A stretch of DNA of 64,000 nucleotides from Candidatus Omnitrophota bacterium (GTDB lineage: Bacteria > Omnitrophota > Gorgyraeia > Zapsychrales > Zapsychraceae): assembly GCA_029261055.1 (NCBI GenBank), contig JAJDCA010000071.1:153778-217777 (forward strand). The letters are read 5' to 3'. Position numbers and translations under genes: made by a program. This document shows positions 57,157-64,000 of the stretch, piece by piece. Each line of letters opens with the position of its first letter. The stretch's first letter is position 1. The notes under the pieces were generated by a model. It had not been told where the DNA came from, searched no databases, and worked only from the letters and a program-made list of their open reading frames with translations.

Positions 57157-58584
57157 ATGAAAAATAAAATCCTTTGGAAATTTTTAGGGGCGTATCTTCC
57201 TTTAATTTTGTTGGCTATTCTTGTGCTTAATTTTTTTGTGAGTTTTAGCTTACGAAAACATTTTGAAAAGAAAATTGCCGATCAATTGCATAGTAGTTCT
57301 CTTTTAATTGGTGATATTTTTGGAACAACATTATGGCAGAATCAACAAGAAAAAATTATTCAACAAAAAGTCAAAGATCTGGGGCAAAGATTAAATATTC
57401 GTATTACGATTATTGGTAAAAATGGTGAAGTTTTGGGGGATTCTGAAAAGAATCCACAACATATGGAGTTGCATAATAATCGTCCTGAAGTCATAGATGC
57501 TCTTAGATATGGACTTGGAGAGAGTTCACGCTACAGCAGCACGCTTAAATATGATATGAAATATTTAGCGACAACGGTTCGTGATAATGGAGGTGTGCTT
57601 GGCGTTATTCGTTTGGCTCTTCCATTAACAGAGGTTGGGGCGCAGATCCGTGTAATTTATCGGGCGGTTTTAATCGGTGGGATTTTTGCTGCATTTTTGA
57701 TGCTGATCATCGGTTATTTTATTTCGCGTAGTATCACTACGCCTATTAGTGAAATGAGAGATATTGCCGGGCGAATTGCTAAAGGGGATTTTTCACGAAA
57801 ATTGAAAGTTAAAAGTAAAGATGAATTGGGTCAGCTGGCGCATTCTATGAATTCTATGGCAGATGAATTACAAATGAAAATTAGTCATTTGGAAAGAATG
57901 GAGCAGATGAAGACGGACTTTGTTGCCAATGTTTCACATGAACTTAAGACGCCGTTAACGTCTATTAAAGGTTTTATTGAAACTTTAGAGCATGGGGCCG
58001 TGGATGACAAGGAAACGGCTAAGCGGTTTATGGGTATTATTCGCAAACATGCTGATTCTTTAAGTAATATTGTTGATGATTTATTGAGTCTATCTGAAAT
58101 TGAACCTGGAAAGAATGAATTAATAAAAGTGCCGTGTGATTTGAAAGGAATATTAGATGAAGTTATCTTAGGGTTTAGTCATCGGTTGAAAGGAAAAAAC
58201 CAACAGTTAACGTTGGAGGTTAAAGGCAGAAATTTTCAACTTAAGGCGGATAAGATTAAGCTTGAGCAGATATTTGTTAATTTGATTGATAATGCTAGTA
58301 AATATACGCCGGAAGGTGGGGAAATTAAGATTACAATGGATGAACAAAATGATGTTTTGCAGGTAATTGTGCAAGATAATGGCATAGGCATTCCTAAGGA
58401 AGATTTAGATAATGTCTTTGAGAGGTTTTATCGTGTAGACAAAGCGCGTTCCCGCGAATTAGGGGGGACAGGTCTTGGATTGTCTATTGTTAAACATATT
58501 GTCGCTTTGCATAAAGGAACTATCGATTTAAAAAGTGAGATTAATAAAGGTACGGCCATAACGATTTCTTTTCCGAAAGTTTAA
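57157..58584 (+). CDS. phoR: Sensor histidine kinase, PhoR-like (TM, HAMP, HisKA, HATPase_c)
   Basis: Two TM helices, HAMP, H-box 'FVANVSHELKTPLTSI', N/G boxes (…DNGIGIP…GGTGLGLSIV…). Confidence 0.75.
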   Translation: MKNKILWKFLGAYLPLILLAILVLNFFVSFSLRKHFEKKIADQLHSSSLLIGDIFGTTLWQNQQEKIIQQKVKDLGQRLNIRITIIGKNGEVLGDSEKNPQHMELHNNRPEVIDALRYGLGESSRYSSTLKYDMKYLATTVRDNGGVLGVIRLALPLTEVGAQIRVIYRAVLIGGIFAAFLMLIIGYFISRSITTPISEMRDIAGRIAKGDFSRKLKVKSKDELGQLAHSMNSMADELQMKISHLERMEQMKTDFVANVSHELKTPLTSIKGFIETLEHGAVDDKETAKRFMGIIRKHADSLSNIVDDLLSLSEIEPGKNELIKVPCDLKGILDEVILGFSHRLKGKNQQLTLEVKGRNFQLKADKIKLEQIFVNLIDNASKYTPEGGEIKITMDEQNDVLQVIVQDNGIGIPKEDLDNVFERFYRVDKARSRELGGTGLGLSIVKHIVALHKGTIDLKSEINKGTAITISFPKV

Positions 58585-58596
58585 CCTTAATCAGAG

Positions 58597-58750
58597 ACGC
58601 GAAATCGCTTTTAAGTAAAGATTAGCACATTCGGCTCAGAGGAGACCTCGTTCTGCTCGGCCTCCAATTCGCCTAATGCACTAATCTTTACTTTGAGCGA
58701 TTACGACTCAACTCGGTCAATCCGTCTTAATAAGAGGTTATGTATCTTCA
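58597..58750 (+). repeat. Structured repeat element, copy 2
   Basis: Matches 43123..43313, minus that copy's 34-nt sub-hairpin. Lies between the phoR stop and the Na/Pi transporter start. Confidence 0.6.
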
Positions 58751-58822
58751 CCTAATCTTCACATTTCCTTCACAGCAGTTTCACATAAAAACGTATAATC
58801 ATTTAATAGGAGTTCATACGTT

Positions 58823-59950
58823 TTGAAAAAAGAAACACTAAAAACAATTTTAAAATTTGCTGCCGTTTTTGCCCTTCTCTATTTTTTTCTTGTAAGTATT
58901 GGATTGATGGGGAAGGCTTTTAAGGGATTTGGTAAAGATTTTGCCGAAGCCCTTTTGAATACAACGTCTAATCCTTTTATCGGGCTTTTTGTTGGGATAT
59001 TTGCTACGAGTTTGGTGCAGAGTTCTTCCACAACCACATCTATTATTGTCGGCATGGTCGCCGCTGGTACCCTTACGGTCAGTGGAGCCGTGCCGATTAT
59101 TTTTGGAGCTAATATCGGAACAACCGTAACGAATTCTCTTGTTGCACTGGGGCATGTTTCGCGGCGGGAGGAATTTAAGCGGGCCATTGCTGGGGCCACG
59201 ATTCATGATTTTTTTAATTTAATTTGTGTAGCCATTCTTTTTCCCATTGAATTAGCTACAGGATTTCTCCAAAAAATGGCGACATGGTTAGCTAATGCTT
59301 TTATAAATTTTGGAGGTATAAAATTTACTAGTCCACTTAAGACAGCTACGACACCTGCGATTAGTGGTATTAAACATTTTATTCTGGATTTATTCCCGTC
59401 AAATCATACCTTGGGATATATCATGGTATTGGTCATTGCCTTTGGTATGCTTTATGTTGCCTTGTTTTTTATCGTAAAAGTGATGAAATCTATGGTAATG
59501 AAACAAACAGAGGCCGCATTTAACAATGTGATTGATAAGAATGGGTTTGTCGGGATTTTAGCTGGGGCTCTTTTTACGTTTCTTGTCCAGAGCAGTTCAA
59601 TTACAACGTCTATTTTAGTGCCTCTTATTGCATCCGGCATTATTAGTGTTGAGGCGGCGTTCCCTATTACTATGGGGGCAAATATTGGGACAACGGCGAC
59701 CGCTATGCTGGCTTCTTTTGCTACGGGAAACCCTTCAGCGATTATTATTGCTTTTGTGCATTTATTGTTTAATGTGATCGGGGTATCCTGTATTTATCCC
59801 ATCGCTATATTTCGAAAAATTCCTATTAAGCTGGCGAAAAGTTTAGGAGAGCTGGCCTTTCATAAAAGACGGTATGCTATTGCGTATGTGCTAAGTTTAT
59901 TCTTTATTATTCCGGGATTATTGATTATGATATCAAAGTTATTAAAATAA
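58823..59950 (+). CDS. Na+/phosphate cotransporter (NptA / type II Na-Pi cotransporter family)
   Basis: Duplicated 'GANIGTTVTN…' Na/Pi-cotransporter motifs. TTG start per the ORF track. Confidence 0.75.
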   Translation: MKKETLKTILKFAAVFALLYFFLVSIGLMGKAFKGFGKDFAEALLNTTSNPFIGLFVGIFATSLVQSSSTTTSIIVGMVAAGTLTVSGAVPIIFGANIGTTVTNSLVALGHVSRREEFKRAIAGATIHDFFNLICVAILFPIELATGFLQKMATWLANAFINFGGIKFTSPLKTATTPAISGIKHFILDLFPSNHTLGYIMVLVIAFGMLYVALFFIVKVMKSMVMKQTEAAFNNVIDKNGFVGILAGALFTFLVQSSSITTSILVPLIASGIISVEAAFPITMGANIGTTATAMLASFATGNPSAIIIAFVHLLFNVIGVSCIYPIAIFRKIPIKLAKSLGELAFHKRRYAIAYVLSLFFIIPGLLIMISKLLK

Positions 59951-59970
59951 AAATTAAGGAAGGGAAAACT

Positions 59971-60639
59971 ATGTTTAAAAATATTTTATCTTTTTGGAAA
60001 GGGCGCGAATTTTTAGAGCAAGCCTTAGGTGAATTTAAAGTAATGCTTACAAATAGTCAGGAGATGTATACTCTTGTGACGCGAAAGCTTATTGATAATG
60101 AAGAGATTGAGGATCTTGAGGATAAAATTTATACTTTGGATAAAGAAATTAATGAAAATGAAAAGGCTATCCGTAAGCGTATTGTAGAGCATTTAATTAT
60201 GCAGCCATCAGTGGATGTTTCTGTTTGTCTTACGTTGATGAGTGTGGTCAAAGATGCGGAAAGATTAGGGGATTATTGTAAAAATTTGCATGAGATAATT
60301 GATCTTTTGGACAAGCCAATCAAAAAAGAAATTTACGAAGATCTTTTTAATGGTACAGATACGCAGCTTGCTGAATTTTTTGAGAAGACCAAGACCGCTT
60401 TTATGGAATCGGACGAGGATATTGCTGCCAGTTCTTGGGATGAGAAAAAACAAATTTCCAAACGATGTGACGAAATTATCGAAAAACTTGCCAAAAGTAG
60501 CTTAGATGTCAACACAGCGGTCTGCTTCACACTTATTGCCCGCCATTTCAAACGCCTGTCGTCCCACCTAACCAATATCGCCACCTCCGTCATTTTGTCG
60601 GTTGATGAATTAGATTATTTTGATGAGAGTAGAAAATAA
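59971..60639 (+). CDS. PhoU-domain protein (Na/Pi-cotransporter-associated regulator)
   Basis: Two PhoU-like helical repeats. Lies directly downstream of the Na/Pi cotransporter. Confidence 0.6.
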   Translation: MFKNILSFWKGREFLEQALGEFKVMLTNSQEMYTLVTRKLIDNEEIEDLEDKIYTLDKEINENEKAIRKRIVEHLIMQPSVDVSVCLTLMSVVKDAERLGDYCKNLHEIIDLLDKPIKKEIYEDLFNGTDTQLAEFFEKTKTAFMESDEDIAASSWDEKKQISKRCDEIIEKLAKSSLDVNTAVCFTLIARHFKRLSSHLTNIATSVILSVDELDYFDESRK

Positions 60640-60798
60640 TATCAAAATAATCTAATTATCCATTGGTATGGGTATAATTTTTTTATAACTTATTCGACAA
60701 AAAGCTCCCTTTTTGATATAGTTCTCATCAATTAAGCCATTAAATTGGTTTGGTAAAGGGCGTAGTTTTTAATTTTAACTGTAATTAAGGAGAGAAAA

Positions 60799-61080
60799 AT
60801 GACTAAAGCAAAAGCACGGCATATTTTGGTGGAAAACCAAGAAGATTGTCAGAAATTAAAAGAAGAAATTGAAGGCGGTAAAGATTTTGCAAGTGTTGCC
60901 AAAGAAAATTCTCAATGTCCTTCAGGTAAGAGTGGTGGAGATTTGGGGGAGTTTGGCAAAGGGCAAATGGTTCCTGAATTTGACCAAGTTGTTTTCAACG
61001 AAGAAGTTAATAAGGTCCACGGCCCTATTAAAACTCAATTTGGATATCATTTGGTTGAAATTACAAGTCGAGAAGGTTAA
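60799..61080 (+). CDS. ppiC: Parvulin-type peptidyl-prolyl cis-trans isomerase (Par10/PpiC)
   Basis: 93 aa. 'ARHILV…' and 'GGDLGEF…GQMVPEFD…GYHLVE' parvulin signature. Confidence 0.85.
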   Translation: MTKAKARHILVENQEDCQKLKEEIEGGKDFASVAKENSQCPSGKSGGDLGEFGKGQMVPEFDQVVFNEEVNKVHGPIKTQFGYHLVEITSREG

Positions 61081-61158
61081 TTAGGAATTTCTAGCTGTAA
61101 AGAAATTCCAAAAGGATCTAATTCCCCGAGGCTTGCCTCGAGGAGATTCATTACTAGA

Positions 61159-62271
61159 TTAGAAATTATTTTCAATTGTGCTAATAGCAATCGCGGTGAA
61201 TATGACGGGGGCACACCACGTTGATATGATGGGAGGAAAAAGACCCCCTTTGCCGAAGGCGAGTGCAACGGCATTGGTTACAAAATAGAGAAGCCCGATG
61301 GCAAAAGCAATAGCCACAGAAGTAAAGGCCGAACGTTTGCGGCTTTTAACCATCAAAACAAACGGCAACCCACACAAAACCGTCACAAACGATCCCAAAG
61401 GAAATGTTAATTTTTGATGCATGTCGACCTTGAGATTTCTTAACGCTTGGGTCGCCCCGCTGTTAGCAAATCGGTTAATGTAGGCCTTGAGTTGTTGAAA
61501 ATTCATAGATGAGACATTCAGCCGTTGCCGCAGAAAATCTTCCGGAGTTTCTTTAATATCCATTAATTTTTCTTTGTACACCTTCACCTTGACGGGGAGG
61601 TTAACGCTTTCCGGAGAAAATTCTGTAATTTGACATTGATAGAATTTCCATGCAATTCCCGTCCATTTACCTCTAAAGGCAACCAATTTTTGTTTAACGT
61701 TTTGATGGGCATCGTATTCCAGGATCGTAATGCCGCTTAATTCGTCATTGTTGGCGTCAAAGGCGTCGATAAAATAGAGGCGGTTTTTTAAGCCATAAAA
61801 TGTCAGGTTTCTGATTTTTTCTTTTTTCTTACGTTCCCGGTCAACTTTGAGAATCATATTCTCATCACGGATTTGTTTAACCGCCACTGTGGCTTGCGGC
61901 ACGTAACTTTCATTAAACCAAAAAAGGGCTATTACAATAAGGATGCTAAATGAAATAGCTGGTTTAGTAATTTGCCAGAAATTTAGACCGCTGGAGCGCA
62001 TGGCAATGATTTCATTGTGATTATTGAGTTGGCTGAACGTTAGTAAGGGGGCTAAAAGACAGGCGACCGGAACAGCTTGCATTTGTGTGAAAAATATCGG
62101 TAATGAGGTGAGGTAATATTTTGCAAGGATCGTAAAGGGAATTTTACGCTCAATAATCTCATCCAGCTTTCCGGTGACATCAATCAGAACATACAGAAAA
62201 CAAAATACGGCCAGCAACATAAAGAATGTGGAAATGATGGATCGGTTAATGTGTTTGTCTAAGATACGCAT
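61159..62271 (-). CDS. lptG: LPS export ABC permease LptG (YjgP/YjgQ family)
   Basis: 6-TM YjgP/YjgQ permease, second of a tandem pair. Start overlaps the upstream gene's stop. Confidence 0.7.
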   Translation of the reverse strand: MRILDKHINRSIISTFFMLLAVFCFLYVLIDVTGKLDEIIERKIPFTILAKYYLTSLPIFFTQMQAVPVACLLAPLLTFSQLNNHNEIIAMRSSGLNFWQITKPAISFSILIVIALFWFNESYVPQATVAVKQIRDENMILKVDRERKKKEKIRNLTFYGLKNRLYFIDAFDANNDELSGITILEYDAHQNVKQKLVAFRGKWTGIAWKFYQCQITEFSPESVNLPVKVKVYKEKLMDIKETPEDFLRQRLNVSSMNFQQLKAYINRFANSGATQALRNLKVDMHQKLTFPLGSFVTVLCGLPFVLMVKSRKRSAFTSVAIAFAIGLLYFVTNAVALAFGKGGLFPPIISTWCAPVIFTAIAISTIENNF

Positions 62272-63344
62272 TTGTAGTTAAGTATAATCGCCAGAATTCC
62301 AGCGATGGCATTAGGTATCCACATAATAAAAATGGGTGGCAGGACATCTTTAATACCCAAAGCCTGACAGCCCATGGATAACAGGTAATAGCCAAATCCA
62401 AAAATCATGGCTAAAACGACATTAGCAGCCTTTTCCCTTCGATTTGTAATGATCGCTAAGGGGAATCCCAAAAGGATCAAGACTAAAGGGGAAAATGACC
62501 AGGAAATTTTGCGGTGATATTCTGTCCGCAACGGAGCGCTGTTGACAAACCGTCTGTTTAAATTATCAATTTCACTATCTAATTCTTTTAACGTCATACT
62601 TTTAGGTTTTTTTTCTACTTTTTTTTCTCCTGAAGATAAATCAAGAGTCATAAAATAATTTTTGAAATTGAGTTTGTAAAAATTTTGAGGATTTTCAAGG
62701 TTGGGTTCATCGGATGTTCCATCCATCAGTTTTAATTTGATCTGATCTTTTCCTGGAATAGGTGTAAATTCGCCACGCTTGGCAATGATCGTCCGGGTTG
62801 GGCCATCGGGCTGCGGCTGATAAATTGTGACATTGTACATTTTGTTGCCATCAATTTTATGGATAAAGAGAATTTGGTTATCAAATGAATGGATAAAAAT
62901 TCCAGCTTCTAACATAGCTGTTGGATTGTCTTTGCCAAGATTTTTGAGCAGCTTACGTTGCTCATGATGCGCATAAGGAACGACGCGTTCATTAAGAATA
63001 ATAGAACCTAAACTGATCAAAAGACCGATCATAAACAAGGGGGCTAGAATTTTGCTTAAATGAATGCCGTTGGCTCTCAAGGCAATAATTTCATTATCTG
63101 CCGAGAAGCGGCTGAAGGCCAGGATGACACTGACGAGGCAGGCGATTGGAAGTGTGTATCCGAGAAGCACAGGGATGTACAACACAAATACACGTCCGAT
63201 GGTCGCAAGACCGACGCCTTTATTAATAACCATATTCGTTAATTGAATAAGATTTCCGAGGAGAAAAACGCAGGTTAACACACCGAGAGATAAAATAAAG
63301 GGGAGAACGCATTCAGATAGGATGTAGTTTCTAAGGATTCGCAT
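62259..63344 (-). CDS. lptF: LPS export ABC permease LptF (YjgP/YjgQ family)
   Basis: YjgP/YjgQ permease with a periplasmic beta-jellyroll insert. First of the tandem pair. Confidence 0.7.
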   Translation of the reverse strand: MRILRNYILSECVLPFILSLGVLTCVFLLGNLIQLTNMVINKGVGLATIGRVFVLYIPVLLGYTLPIACLVSVILAFSRFSADNEIIALRANGIHLSKILAPLFMIGLLISLGSIILNERVVPYAHHEQRKLLKNLGKDNPTAMLEAGIFIHSFDNQILFIHKIDGNKMYNVTIYQPQPDGPTRTIIAKRGEFTPIPGKDQIKLKLMDGTSDEPNLENPQNFYKLNFKNYFMTLDLSSGEKKVEKKPKSMTLKELDSEIDNLNRRFVNSAPLRTEYHRKISWSFSPLVLILLGFPLAIITNRREKAANVVLAMIFGFGYYLLSMGCQALGIKDVLPPIFIMWIPNAIAGILAIILNYKCVS

Positions 63345-63415
63345 TTATTAGAAATTTAAAGTTAGTCATCAGATGTCTGAAGACTGATGCCTGAAAGCTA
63401 AAGTCATTCAATTTA

Positions 63416-64000
63416 TTAAGCTATCGCCAGAGTTAACACCCCGACTGTTTTTACGCCGGCGGATTTGATGGTACGGGCTGCTTCCGAAGCCGTAGCGCCG
63501 GTTGTTAATAAATCATCTATAAGTAAAATTGATTTTTCGGAAAATTGCTTAAGATTTTTTATTCTAAAAGCCTTGTGGATATTTGTCCAGCGTTCTTTTT
63601 TACTTAAAAGAGTTTGGTTTTTGGTATTTTGCACGCGAATAAGATTATTTAAAGATAAATTAATATTAAAAGTCTGCGCAATAGTTTGAGCCAGTAATTG
63701 AGACTGATTGTATCCGCGTTCTCTTAGGCGGCTTGGAAAAAGTGGGATGGGGGTAATGATGTCAAACTGTTCAATATCCAAATTGTATTCGCGAATAAAA
63801 GAAATGATCAGTTTGGAAAATAATGGGCTCAGTAATGTTTTTTGGTGGTATTTAAATTTATGAATGAGGTGACGTAATGGATCATGGTAAAGGCAAGCGG
63901 CCCAGGCAAAATCAAAGTGAGGATTAGAGGTGGAGCAATCCTGACATCGCGGATGTTCAAAATTTTTTCCAAGGTGGCGTGAACATTTGGGGCAAAACGG
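63416..64000 (-). CDS. comF: ComF-family protein (zinc-ribbon + phosphoribosyltransferase domain); N-terminus lies beyond the window
   Basis: C-terminal PRTase motif 'ILLIDDLLTTGATASEA'. The reading frame continues to the window edge, encoding …PFCPKCSRHLG…HPRCQDCS… (CxxC…CxxC zinc ribbon), so the ORF-track start at 63781 is internal. Confidence 0.7.
   Translation of the reverse strand, partial: PFCPKCSRHLGKNFEHPRCQDCSTSNPHFDFAWAACLYHDPLRHLIHKFKYHQKTLLSPLFSKLIISFIREYNLDIEQFDIITPIPLFPSRLRERGYNQSQLLAQTIAQTFNINLSLNNLIRVQNTKNQTLLSKKERWTNIHKAFRIKNLKQFSEKSILLIDDLLTTGATASEAARTIKSAGVKTVGVLTLAIA

Overview
This 64-kb window is low-GC (~38-40%) and looks like a chromosomal region from a Gram-negative (diderm) bacterium. 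Envelope and housekeeping genes support that reading: LptE/LptF/LptG, Lnt, MurJ, an LpxL-family acyltransferase, BamD-like TPR protein, SecA, RF2, S20, PilT, UvrC, MutY, Ogt, a H+-PPase, AmtB-GlnK, a CymR/CysP-like-cysK-cysH-cysD-cysNC sulfate assimilation cluster, and a phoB-phoR-Na/Pi-phoU cluster. I cannot identify the organism; the giant genes and low GC are compatible with a candidate-division lineage, but that is a guess.

The most unusual content is two paralogous giant ORFs, 6268..11340 (1690 aa) and 52327..56097 (~1256 aa). They share about 70%-identical N-terminal ~370-aa domains with signal/anchor sequences and a conserved ~65-aa C-terminal module. Their central regions are unrelated: one is a K/E-rich coiled coil and the other carries an embedded CheY-like receiver domain. 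Both genes sit behind near-identical promoter/leader sequences: TTGACA-N16-TATCTT, a ~38-nt conserved block, then a hairpin with compensatory changes followed by an invariant CTCGCCACGGATTGG motif. Each is flanked by diverged AAA+ (AAA_14/DUF4143) ATPase genes.

Other points are a 20-bp palindromic repeat family (CCTGCCTGCCGGCAGGCAGG) with two apparent in-frame insertions inside one giant gene, and a ~150-190-nt structured repeat found upstream of both cysK and the Na/Pi transporter. Two degenerate tRNA-Thr 5' fragments lie between intact tRNA-Phe and tRNA-Thr genes, bracketing small cargo genes. prfB shows the classic +1 programmed frameshift. No CRISPR arrays, integrases or transposases were seen.
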